IMG/VR virus record: IMGVR_UViG_3300017782_000093
Length of the DNA stretch: 33,593 nucleotides
Direction: 5' to 3' (one strand)
From: a virus
Shown piece after piece: positions 6,017 through 13,853 of the stretch. The position numbers and the translations under genes were made by a program. Below the pieces are notes generated by a model that searched no databases, was not told the DNA's origin, and saw only the letters and a list, made by a program, of their open reading frames with translations. Numbering within the stretch: position 1 is the first letter of the stretch; every line of letters starts with the position of its first letter.

Positions 6017-6604
6017 ATGATGGGACACATTGAACCAAGAGTAAAGAAAATACTACAACAGTATGATCTAAAACCCGAACACGCATTGTGGGAACTCAAA
6101 CGTGGAGGTAAAGCAACACTTGTAATGCTACACAAATACTGTGAACTTGTAGGAGCTAAAGCAGGTATTGTTATTGATGACATTGTAGAAGTAGAAACAA
6201 ACTCTGCACAAGGTATTGCAGTAGTTAAATGCTATGCACACAATGACAAAATGAAAGTCATTACCTACGGAGAAGCTAGTCCAAAAAATAGTAAGGTTGC
6301 CTATCCATATGCAATGGCAGAAAAACGTGCAGTAGACAGAGCAATACTAAAACTTGTTGGATTGCATGGCTTTGTATATTCAGAAGATGAACTTGACACA
6401 AGTAATGAGAAGTTAGGTTCAGCAGATGATGATGCAATCAAATCATTTATTAGTAACATCGAAGGGAGTAAAACTGTTAAGCAGGTTACAGGTTACTTTG
6501 AAATGAACAAGGTAAACATAGCTAAAGCTAAGAAGTCCAATCCCGGATTGTATCAAATGGCAATAGCTAAATATGAATCTAAACGAAAGGAATTAAATGT
6601 ATAA
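6017..6604 (+). CDS. Putative single-strand annealing protein (Rad52/Sak-like)
   Basis: It sits between the exonuclease and SSB. GEASPKN...YPYAMAEKRAVDRAILKLVGL resembles the G-[DE]-A ... A-x-x-R-A-x-x-R-A-l motif of Rad52-type phage SSAPs. Confidence 0.55.
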   Translation: MMGHIEPRVKKILQQYDLKPEHALWELKRGGKATLVMLHKYCELVGAKAGIVIDDIVEVETNSAQGIAVVKCYAHNDKMKVITYGEASPKNSKVAYPYAMAEKRAVDRAILKLVGLHGFVYSEDELDTSNEKLGSADDDAIKSFISNIEGSKTVKQVTGYFEMNKVNIAKAKKSNPGLYQMAIAKYESKRKELNV

Positions 6605-7022
6605 CAAGATTCAAATCATTGGTAATCTTGGTGCTGACCCCGAAGTAAAACAAACGGGGGCAGGCACTAACTACGCCATCTTGTCTGTAGCTACAAACAG
6701 AGTAGTGAAGGGCGAAAAAGAAACTGAATGGCACAAGTGTGTCGTTTGGGACGATAAAATAGCAGACATCTTAGCCAAATATACTAAGAAAGGAAGCAGA
6801 GTTTTATTGGAGGGAAGACTAACATATAGAAAATGGCAGACAGATACAGGAGAAGAAAGAGTAAAAGCAGAGATACACCTTGATAGGTTTAACTCTGAAA
6901 TGAAACTTATGGATTCTAAGTCTGACAGCAATGTTTCAACTATTACATCACCTACTGCAAACCAAACAGTACCAAGTGACGTAGAGGCGGGACCTATTAT
7001 TGAAGATGATGTGCCATACTAA
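6597..7022 (+). CDS. ssb: Single-stranded DNA-binding protein
   Basis: OB-fold signature MYNKIQIIGNLGADPEV...TEWHKCVVW...KKGSRVLLEGRL..RKW, plus the acidic C-terminal tail IIEDDVPY. Confidence 0.92.
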   Translation: MYNKIQIIGNLGADPEVKQTGAGTNYAILSVATNRVVKGEKETEWHKCVVWDDKIADILAKYTKKGSRVLLEGRLTYRKWQTDTGEERVKAEIHLDRFNSEMKLMDSKSDSNVSTITSPTANQTVPSDVEAGPIIEDDVPY

Positions 7023-7237
7023 TGTTTAAAATATTTATAGTAACACTATGGATAGAGTATCAAGGCAAACTTTGGGTTAAGTATGCCTTGCCACTCCAAG
7101 GTAGATGTGATGTTGTTACTTGGTGGGGAGTCCAAGAACAATATAAACATTCACCTATCAATATTGTAGCAATGAAATGTACACGAGTAAAAGATTTTAA
7201 ATTAGATCGGAGGATATATAATTATGACAAAAAATGA
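7022..7237 (+). CDS. Possible small hypothetical protein
   Basis: 71-aa ORF with a TAATG overlap on the ssb stop. No motif recognised. It could instead be non-coding spacer. Confidence 0.3.
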   Translation: MFKIFIVTLWIEYQGKLWVKYALPLQGRCDVVTWWGVQEQYKHSPINIVAMKCTRVKDFKLDRRIYNYDKK

Positions 7238-7421
7238 ATCACGTGTTTATAAATTTGTTGATGACTTTATTAGTATGTATAAATTTAGTCCATCATACAA
7301 AGAAATAGCAGAACAGCTTAACTTTGCCTCACCCTCACAAGCACACAAAATATGTATGCAGTTGGTAAAGAAAGGTAAATTAACAAAAGGCGAGGGTGCC
7401 AGAAACTTGGAGATATTATGA
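7224..7421 (+). CDS. LexA N-terminal DNA-binding domain-only protein (winged helix)
   Basis: SPSYKEIAEQLNFASPSQAHKICMQLVKKGKLTKGEGARNLEIL aligns by eye with E. coli LexA [42 protein letters not shown]. At 65 aa it has no S24 peptidase domain or cleavage site. Confidence 0.7.
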   Translation: MTKNESRVYKFVDDFISMYKFSPSYKEIAEQLNFASPSQAHKICMQLVKKGKLTKGEGARNLEIL

Positions 7422-7603
7422 AAAAGAAAACGCAAACACAACACTTAATAGCACAACTATATTGGGATCATGAGCGATTAAGCACGGCAGGGCAAAAAAC
7501 TCTCAACGACTTAGCTAGATTATGGGATGTACCTACAGAAGAAGATATGGTAAACGGACATTCAAATGACCTACCATCAGATGTGGAGCCAACCAATGGG
7601 TAG
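7418..7603 (+). CDS. Hypothetical protein
   Basis: 61-aa ORF. ATGA overlap with the preceding stop. Confidence 0.55.
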   Translation: MKKKTQTQHLIAQLYWDHERLSTAGQKTLNDLARLWDVPTEEDMVNGHSNDLPSDVEPTNG

Positions 7604-7976
7604 ATTTAGCAAGAAAAAAGGATACAGAGTTGAGAACCAAATTGTAAATCAAATCAAAGCATATGGAATACAAGCAAGACGACAACCAATGAGTGGAGCA
7701 ATACCAGATTTTCCATATGATATTGAGATACGCAAAGAACCATTTCACAAATTAAGTGTAGAAGTTAAAGCACGAGCAAACGGCGAAGGATTCAAAACCC
7801 TCGAGCGTTGGAAAGACAATGCGGATCTTTTGTGCCTACATAGAGATAGAGCAGACACACTTGTTTGCTTGAATTTAGAATTGTTTTTGGATATACTTTC
7901 GATCACAGATGATACAATATATGAACAACAAGAATCAACTCGTAGACGTAAACGGAAATCCACTAAAAGATCATAA
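7596..7976 (+). CDS. Hjc-like Holliday junction resolvase / PD-(D/E)XK nuclease
   Basis: KKGYRVENQIVNQIKAYGIQARRQPMSG...DIEI....LSVEVKAR fits the G..ER......G....R...SG...D(I/L)......(E)VK pattern of archaeal-type resolvases. The start is taken at ATG 7596, which overlaps the upstream stop. Confidence 0.6.
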   Translation: MGRFSKKKGYRVENQIVNQIKAYGIQARRQPMSGAIPDFPYDIEIRKEPFHKLSVEVKARANGEGFKTLERWKDNADLLCLHRDRADTLVCLNLELFLDILSITDDTIYEQQESTRRRKRKSTKRS

Positions 7977-8192
7977 AGGTAACATCATTACTGTACCTAT
8001 AGAGTATGAATATATGTACACTAATATAGATGAATTATCTTTATAGGTAGAATAAAAGTAGAATTAGTCCTACAACGCCTATAGCTGAGTACAGGGGATA
8101 CTTTGAGATTTTAAGTATAATCTTACCCCAAACCTTACTGCAGTATGCTCTAGCCTTCTCTATGCTTGACATTTTTACCTCCAAATAATCTA

Positions 8193-8579
8193 TTATGGTT
8201 TTTTGTTTTTGTTTTGCCATTGTTGTCCAATTTTTTCTGCACTACGCCCAACAGTATATCCACCAACACCAATCATTATTATATCGAGCAATGAGTTTTG
8301 TACAGACTCAGGAATATTCGGCGCAGTAAAACCAAACCAATGAGCAACCATTAGTCCTGCAAACAAAAGCATCATTATAGGTCGCCAACTTCTTTGCAAC
8401 CAAGTACCTTGTGCTTCTAATTGTATAACGGTTGCGGCGGCCTCTATTTCTTTAAGATCGCCAGTAATAATTTTGTGTTGTAATTCAGCTTTAATCTTTT
8501 CTTTTTCTGCTTTAGATGTAATTACTTTATCTACAGTAGAAAATATTGATTTAGCTATAGGTGCAAGTAAAGGTAACAT
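8193..8579 (-). CDS. Holin (3-TM, gene-transfer-agent type)
   Basis: The amphipathic N-terminus KAEKEKIKAELQ...AQGTWLQRSWRPIMMLLFAGLMVAHWF, followed by TM segments, resembles the 'holin of 3TMs for gene-transfer release' family. It is the last gene of the lysis cassette. Confidence 0.7.
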   Translation of the reverse strand: MLPLLAPIAKSIFSTVDKVITSKAEKEKIKAELQHKIITGDLKEIEAAATVIQLEAQGTWLQRSWRPIMMLLFAGLMVAHWFGFTAPNIPESVQNSLLDIIMIGVGGYTVGRSAEKIGQQWQNKNKKP

Positions 8580-8980
8580 TAGATTATATTATTATAAAAT
8601 TTATGATCGCCAATAACGACCACAGGTTTTTGATCTTGTGCCCACTTGGGCATAATGTTAGTAGTATGATAATGTGTAGACCCATTAGTATTATCTTGTA
8701 ACTGTCCAGTCATTACCAGATATGCTATACCTAATAACTTTAAATAATCCTCATCAACTTTAGGTAAGTTTTCCATTTTCTGTTTATTTGGATCTCCTTC
8801 ATTCCAACAACTAAACTGCCACTCTTTTAAACACACTTCTTTTGGTGTATCTCCGTACCACCTTCGAGCCTCTGCTCTATTCTTTATTACACTAGCTACA
8901 GCTATTTGCCCACTAGTGTCTTGGTTGCGAGATTCACCCCACATTGTTTTTGCCATTATGTCTAAATCTTCATTTGTCAT
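8579..8980 (-). CDS. Endolysin, SleB-like cell-wall hydrolase (Hydrolase_2)
   Basis: MAKTMWGESRNQDTSGQIAVASVIKNRA....QFSCWN matches the SleB/CwlJ-type signature (GEar.e...g..aVa.Vi.NR...QFs.w). Confidence 0.85.
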   Translation of the reverse strand: MTNEDLDIMAKTMWGESRNQDTSGQIAVASVIKNRAEARRWYGDTPKEVCLKEWQFSCWNEGDPNKQKMENLPKVDEDYLKLLGIAYLVMTGQLQDNTNGSTHYHTTNIMPKWAQDQKPVVVIGDHKFYNNII

Positions 8981-9435
8981 ATTATTTCTAATAACTTTAA
9001 CTCATAATAAAGAAAAAGCAATACCCCTACTACTGCACCTACAGATATAATAATAGTCTTTCTTCTTTCTGCAAGTCTTTCTGCCTCTTTAATCTGTCGT
9101 TTTTTTTCTGCTCTTACAGATGCAATCTCTGCTTGTAATCTTTCCCATTGACCCGGTGAACCATACAATGCAAATATTTCTCGCAATTCATTTCTCATAT
9201 TGCGTAGTTCTTCTTTACGAAGATGAGCTTGTATTGCTTGTGCTTCAACTGAACTAAATCTGCCAAATAAACTTCTCCCTTTTTTTTCTGCTTTAGCTTC
9301 AATGTTAGCTTCGCCTATTGCCCACTTAGATATATATCCAGACATAGAACTAAGGTCTTTACCTATTTTTATACCTTGCATTATTACCGAGTGAGCAGAT
9401 TTTACAGCGGCAAATGCAGAAATTGGATCAATCAT
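8977..9435 (-). CDS. Coiled-coil protein with C-terminal TM anchor (possible lysis accessory/spanin-like)
   Basis: 152 aa. Charged coiled-coil centre with hydrophobic C-terminus IIISVGAVVGVLLFLYY. 4-nt overlaps with both neighbours in the lysis cassette. Confidence 0.35.
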   Translation of the reverse strand: MIDPISAFAAVKSAHSVIMQGIKIGKDLSSMSGYISKWAIGEANIEAKAEKKGRSLFGRFSSVEAQAIQAHLRKEELRNMRNELREIFALYGSPGQWERLQAEIASVRAEKKRQIKEAERLAERRKTIIISVGAVVGVLLFLYYELKLLEII

Positions 9436-9629
9436 TTTAATAAATTAAGTATTATAGTTATCAACAGGGCAATAATAGACCCACTTGATGACCATAGCAA
9501 TACCTCTAGCTTTTTTATTCGTGAATCAACAGAGTCTAATCTTTGAGTTGTCATCTGTCTATATATAGCACATTCTCTTTCATGAGCTTCCATCTCTGAT
9601 GCTACATCTTTTATAGTACGAGTATCCAT
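9432..9629 (-). CDS. Small C-terminally TM-anchored protein (possible lysis accessory)
   Basis: 65 aa. C-terminal LLWSSSGSIIALLITIILNLL. First gene of the overlapping 4-gene cassette. Confidence 0.35.
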   Translation of the reverse strand: MDTRTIKDVASEMEAHERECAIYRQMTTQRLDSVDSRIKKLEVLLWSSSGSIIALLITIILNLLK

Positions 9630-9632
9630 CCT

Positions 9633-10238
9633 TTAAGTATTTTTCAAAGCCGTAACTGTTAATATAGGTTGTACATAAGAAAGTCCTGGACCACTACCAG
9701 ATGCACCTGTACCATCCCATTCAACCAGAGCGTGTGCTGATGCCTCATAAGTACCACTATATTCTCTAGCTTGTATTTTCATTGTTTTATTAGAAGTCCA
9801 AGAGGCAAGTCTTGGTAAAGTTGTATCAGCACTACCACCAATTTCAATCATATATCCAAACTCTAAAAAGGTTCTTAAATGTTGTCCAAAAACATTTCTT
9901 CTAAGTGTAGTTACTTCGTCAGAGTCTATAAAAAATTTAAAGTGTGCTAAAGGATAATCATCTGTTCTGGAAAAATACAAACTTAAATTGTAAAAAACTC
10001 TTGTTGCATTACTTGGTGGAGTGTATGTAAAGGTTGAACCTGTTACATCAGCGTAAGAGGTAGTAAAGTCTTGAACTGCTGTAACATTAGGCATAGTGTA
10101 TGTACCACTAGGAACTGTTACTGAACGACCATCACAAGGTGATTTTATAACTTCTATAATATTACTACCTGTACTTATTGCGCTAGGTAATGCAGTTACA
10201 CTAGATAAAGTATTATTGTTTGCTCTAATTATTGCCAT
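9633..10238 (-). CDS. Tail fibre distal protein, D1-type domain (paralogue of the C-terminal half of 12612..13496)
   Basis: NIIEVIKSPCDGRSVTVPSGTYTMPNVTAVQDFTTSYADVTGS..YTPP...KFFIDSDEV...SWTSNKTMKIQAREY aligns along its length with residues ~123-294 of the 294-aa protein. Confidence 0.7.
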   Translation of the reverse strand: MAIIRANNNTLSSVTALPSAISTGSNIIEVIKSPCDGRSVTVPSGTYTMPNVTAVQDFTTSYADVTGSTFTYTPPSNATRVFYNLSLYFSRTDDYPLAHFKFFIDSDEVTTLRRNVFGQHLRTFLEFGYMIEIGGSADTTLPRLASWTSNKTMKIQAREYSGTYEASAHALVEWDGTGASGSGPGLSYVQPILTVTALKNT

Positions 10239-11210
10239 CTATCCCACCTTCCATATTCTTATATTTGCATATATTTCTACTAAACTAGCATTTGTCGCAA
10301 TACCAGAAGCAGAACCAGATTGAATGTAATGTCTTAATTCAAAAACTTTTTGAGCCGATATAGTAAATCTTCCTTTTAACATACTTGGACTTGTAGTGTA
10401 ATAACTAGCATGGGAGTTTGATGAAAGACCTACTAGAGTATAACTTGAGTCTGTTGTATTATACAAACTTATTTTGTGCCTTGCATTTACATACCCATTT
10501 GCTTCTGCTTCAGCATAATATGTTCCACTCGGTAAAGTAATTTGATTACTACCAAGAGATGCTCCTGTAATTTCATTTGTTTTTACTGTTGTTAATTCTC
10601 TTGTATTTTGTCCTGTAGAAAAAGTTTGTGGAGAAGTATTATTAGCTTTCTCATCCACTAGATGCAATAATGCACTTCCAAAAACTCCTGCACTTCCAAA
10701 AGATAGATTACCACTACCATCTGTAATTAATGCTTTGTTTGCACTTGGTGCTGTGCTAGGCAAGGTAAGTGTATAACTTTGTGCCGCACTATGAGGCGGA
10801 CCTTTGATTGTAACACCATGGGAGTTTTGTTCGCAATTTAATTTTATTGCTCCAGAATCTGATCCTGCTCCCTTTGATATAATTATAGGTGCAGTAGCTA
10901 ACTTATCATTTGTAACTGTATTGTCGCTAGGTGTTCCCACAGACAAAACATCGCCTAAAGCTAAAATATAATTTATAATATCACCCGAAACTAAATTTGA
11001 AGCGAAGGTAAGCGTACTGCCTGAAACTGTAAAGCTATCTTGAGGTGCTTGAATAACACCATTCAAACTTACAATAAGATGATTTGCACTAGCAGGACTA
11101 TAGTTAGCCGATCCACTTTGTAAAGTATAAGCGGCTTGACCATTAACTACTGTAATAGCATCTAGCTTTTTATATGCTCCGATTTTTGGTTGCTTACCAA
11201 TGTAAGGCAC
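10239..11210 (-). CDS. Tail fibre protein (MPYIG N-domain + fibre repeat + D2-type C-domain)
   Basis: The N-terminal MPYIGKQP.. is paralogous to MPYLGSTP.. of 12612..13496. The middle IKLNCEQNSHGVTIKGP...TLTLPSTAPSANKALITDGSGNLSF is a common phage fibre motif. The C-terminal ~148 aa are paralogous to 12097..12612. Confidence 0.75.
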   Translation of the reverse strand: MPYIGKQPKIGAYKKLDAITVVNGQAAYTLQSGSANYSPASANHLIVSLNGVIQAPQDSFTVSGSTLTFASNLVSGDIINYILALGDVLSVGTPSDNTVTNDKLATAPIIISKGAGSDSGAIKLNCEQNSHGVTIKGPPHSAAQSYTLTLPSTAPSANKALITDGSGNLSFGSAGVFGSALLHLVDEKANNTSPQTFSTGQNTRELTTVKTNEITGASLGSNQITLPSGTYYAEAEANGYVNARHKISLYNTTDSSYTLVGLSSNSHASYYTTSPSMLKGRFTISAQKVFELRHYIQSGSASGIATNASLVEIYANIRIWKVG

Positions 11211-11500
11211 TACTCACCATCCTTCGGATATTTATCTTTAACAGCTTTAATTGCATCTTTCCAAGTAGTTGTACTGCTAACAGTATCGTGATACTGCATA
11301 TCTAACTGATCTGGAATTGATGGATATTCTTGCTCTCTCTTTTCTGCATATGTCAACTCTGGTGGAGTTGGATTAGCAAAAGAGCCATCACTTTGTTTTA
11401 TTTGACCGCATACTACATTATCAGAAACTTCCTCAAAACCATCTTCTTGGTAAGGTTGTTTCTGTGTAACTACGTTATCAACTATTTTTACCCAAGCCAT
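11210..11500 (-). CDS. Small fibre-associated protein (XkdW-like motif)
   Basis: 96 aa. YPSIPDQLDMQYHD....W.DAIKAVKDKYPK resembles the XkdW-type motif seen next to phage fibre genes. Strong SD AAAGGAGAG. Confidence 0.4.
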   Translation of the reverse strand: MAWVKIVDNVVTQKQPYQEDGFEEVSDNVVCGQIKQSDGSFANPTPPELTYAEKREQEYPSIPDQLDMQYHDTVSSTTTWKDAIKAVKDKYPKDGE

Positions 11501-11518
11501 GCTACTCTCCTTTCTTTT

Positions 11519-12112
11519 TTAGTTAACATAAACCCATCCTGTATGCACATACTTAGTTCCATTAATAGGAGGATTACCTCTATGAACATAAGGAAAATGT
11601 GCAGGTGCAATAAGAACTCTACCTTGTTTTGGTTTTACTCTTTTTTGCATATTTAAAAATTCTGTTTCTCCTGCTTCAAAATCATCATTTAAATAAGTTA
11701 TAAAAAATAATATTCTTTTAAATCTTTTTTCATCATGTTCTATATGCCATACATGATATCCCTCAGTTGGTTTTGTCTTTTGTAACTTTGTTGTTTCGAA
11801 ACTAAATTGTGCTTCTTTATAATAATCAGCAATACCTGTAATGCTTTTATAAGAATTCCATGCTATACCTACACCATTAAATATTTTTTTTAAGGCTTCT
11901 TCCCATTCTTCAACTGTTGTTTGCTCAAGAAAATAAGATGTGTCTTTTTTTATATTTTCACTTACACCCTCTGCCATAAGTCTTGTATAAGTTTGATCTA
12001 GAGATATTTTGTTATCTAAAAAACTCATAGCACCCTTACAATCTTGTTTAGAAATAATATTATCAAAAACACCAATATAATTTTCAATAAGATTTGTCAT
12101 GCTGTTTTCCAT
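11519..12112 (-). CDS. 2OG-Fe(II) oxygenase superfamily protein (prolyl-hydroxylase-like)
   Basis: HVWHIEHD (H-x-D iron ligands), FEAGETEF and PAHFPYVHRGNPPINGTKYVHTGW (distal His / basic residue) fit the double-stranded beta-helix dioxygenase pattern. The alternative ATG at 12100 gives an ATGA overlap with the upstream stop. Confidence 0.7.
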   Translation of the reverse strand: MENSMTNLIENYIGVFDNIISKQDCKGAMSFLDNKISLDQTYTRLMAEGVSENIKKDTSYFLEQTTVEEWEEALKKIFNGVGIAWNSYKSITGIADYYKEAQFSFETTKLQKTKPTEGYHVWHIEHDEKRFKRILFFITYLNDDFEAGETEFLNMQKRVKPKQGRVLIAPAHFPYVHRGNPPINGTKYVHTGWVYVN

Positions 12113-12612
12113 ATCTGTACATCTGTAAATACATTTATTTGACTATTGTTTGCTCCAGAACCAAGACCATATGTTCCTTTTGAATGTGAAGCATAATGTC
12201 TAATTTCAAATACTTTTTGTGCTGATATAGTAAATCTACCTCTTACGTCAATTAATTGATTAACCATACTTAAATTAGGATGAACATATCCTGTGTTACC
12301 AACTAAAGTAAATGAGCTGTCGCTTGTATTGTAAAGATAAGGTTGTATATATCCAGACAAAGATGAGGGTACTCTTGCTTCTAAATAATATGTACCACTT
12401 GGTAAAGTAATTTGATTAGAACTTAGACTTGCACCACTAATCTCATTTGTTAAAACAGTATTTAAATCTCTTGTATGTGTTGTTCCTGCTGATGATGCTC
12501 CTCCACTAGTATTAGTTGCCTTTTCATCTCTTACATGAAGTAAAGCTGTTTCGTAAGCTCCTTGTCCTACACCACTTGCTAACGAATCTGATAATATTTT
12601 ACTTAATGGCAT
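12097..12612 (-). CDS. Tail fibre distal protein, D2-type domain (paralogue of the C-terminus of 10239..11210)
   Basis: LLHVRDEKATNTS...LTNEISGASLSSNQITLPSGTYYLEA...LYNTSDSSFTLVG...GRFTISAQKVFEIRHY...IWK aligns with residues ~178-323 of the 323-aa protein. Confidence 0.7.
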   Translation of the reverse strand: MPLSKILSDSLASGVGQGAYETALLHVRDEKATNTSGGASSAGTTHTRDLNTVLTNEISGASLSSNQITLPSGTYYLEARVPSSLSGYIQPYLYNTSDSSFTLVGNTGYVHPNLSMVNQLIDVRGRFTISAQKVFEIRHYASHSKGTYGLGSGANNSQINVFTDVQIWKTA

Positions 12613-13496
12613 TATGAATCCTTTAAAGCTATAATTGTTAAAGTTGGTACTGATACAGTTGTTGTATCACTAGCTCCCTCCCACAGTTTTAAAGAATGAC
12701 AAACTGCTGTATTACTACTATTATATTCTCTTGCTTGAATCTTTAATGTTTTAGCAGATGTCCAAGAAGTTAAATCACCTTGTGCTGTACTTGCTGAACT
12801 TGCATTACAATTAATTGTGTATTCAAAATGATTTTTAATTGCTAATGTATATCCATAAAGTGTTTCTCTTGCATCTGTTACTTCATCTGAATCAATAAAA
12901 AACTTAGTATGTAAAGCTCCATATGTTGTATCATAACCCATATGAAAATAAAATTTGTATATAACTCTTGTAGTTCCTGTCGGTGGAGTATACGATATTG
13001 ATGACCCAGTTAAATCTGCATAAGATGTTGTCATAGATTGCACAGCGGTTACATCTGCCATAGTATAGTTACCACTAGGTACTGTAACTTGAGTGCCATT
13101 ACAAGGACTTGATAACATTTCAATTACATTTGAACTACTTATAGGTGCAAAACTATTATCACCTCGTAAAAATGTTGTATTGTTTTTTGTACCTGTAGCT
13201 GATAATTCTCCTAGACCTACACTACCACTAGCAGGATTTATTGTACCTACTGCTCTTCCTAAATAGATACAATACATATCGTCTGAACCAGATGTTGCCG
13301 CTGTAAGAGTTAATGCAGTACCAGATGCACTATAAGCATAAGTTGGCTCTTGTCTTACATTATTAATAAATAAAGCTATGTCGTTAGCTGAACTAACACT
13401 CTGAGATAATGTGTAGCTTGTAGTCGCACTTGTAGAAAAATCTTGTTTAGCTAGTGTCTGAAACAATGTTGATGGTGTTGACCCTAGATAAGGCAT
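12612..13496 (-). CDS. Tail fibre protein (MPYLG N-domain + D1-type C-domain)
   Basis: N-domain paralogous to 10239..11210. Fibre motif TTFLRGDNSFAPI. C-terminal ~170 aa paralogous to 9633..10238. Confidence 0.75.
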   Translation of the reverse strand: MPYLGSTPSTLFQTLAKQDFSTSATTSYTLSQSVSSANDIALFINNVRQEPTYAYSASGTALTLTAATSGSDDMYCIYLGRAVGTINPASGSVGLGELSATGTKNNTTFLRGDNSFAPISSSNVIEMLSSPCNGTQVTVPSGNYTMADVTAVQSMTTSYADLTGSSISYTPPTGTTRVIYKFYFHMGYDTTYGALHTKFFIDSDEVTDARETLYGYTLAIKNHFEYTINCNASSASTAQGDLTSWTSAKTLKIQAREYNSSNTAVCHSLKLWEGASDTTTVSVPTLTIIALKDS

Positions 13497-13840
13497 TAGG
13501 TTATCTCCATAATTGACAATGCAACATCTAATGCCGTTCCGGCACTTGCTTGTGCTTTAATAACATCAGTAGTTTGCACGACAACCTTTTGTCCTCCAAA
13601 CACCTCAAGTGTAGTATTAGCAGGTATATCTACTCCTTTTAACAAAAAGACATCTGCATTTGTTTCTGTATCAGAAGTATTACTTACTAATTGTACATCT
13701 GCAGTTATTGCACTAGTTGTTTTATTGCTTAATGCCATACCTAATACAACTGTGCTTGTGCTCGAAGGCACAGTATAGATTGTATCTAAAGAACTATTGC
13801 TTACACTTGCTTTTGTTTTTACTTTAAATGTATTTGCCAT
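13496..13840 (-). CDS. Small beta-rich virion-associated protein (function unknown)
   Basis: 114-aa ORF, Ser/Thr/Val-rich, with SD AGGAAA. Translationally coupled (1-nt overlap) to the downstream fibre gene. Confidence 0.6.
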   Translation of the reverse strand: MANTFKVKTKASVSNSSLDTIYTVPSSTSTVVLGMALSNKTTSAITADVQLVSNTSDTETNADVFLLKGVDIPANTTLEVFGGQKVVVQTTDVIKAQASAGTALDVALSIMEIT

Positions 13841-13853
13841 AATGTTTCCTATA

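Noticed and set aside
8061-8140. Possible tRNA (TAGCTGAGTACAGGGG resembles a D-arm)
   Set aside because: I could not build an acceptor stem, an anticodon arm or a GTTCRA T-loop on either strand.
9633-13496. Diversity-generating retroelement acting on the duplicated fibre domains
   Set aside because: There is no reverse transcriptase. Differences between paralogues involve all four bases (checked by hand over 10511-10580 versus 12385-12454) rather than adenine-specific changes, and the similarity is too low for a TR/VR pair.
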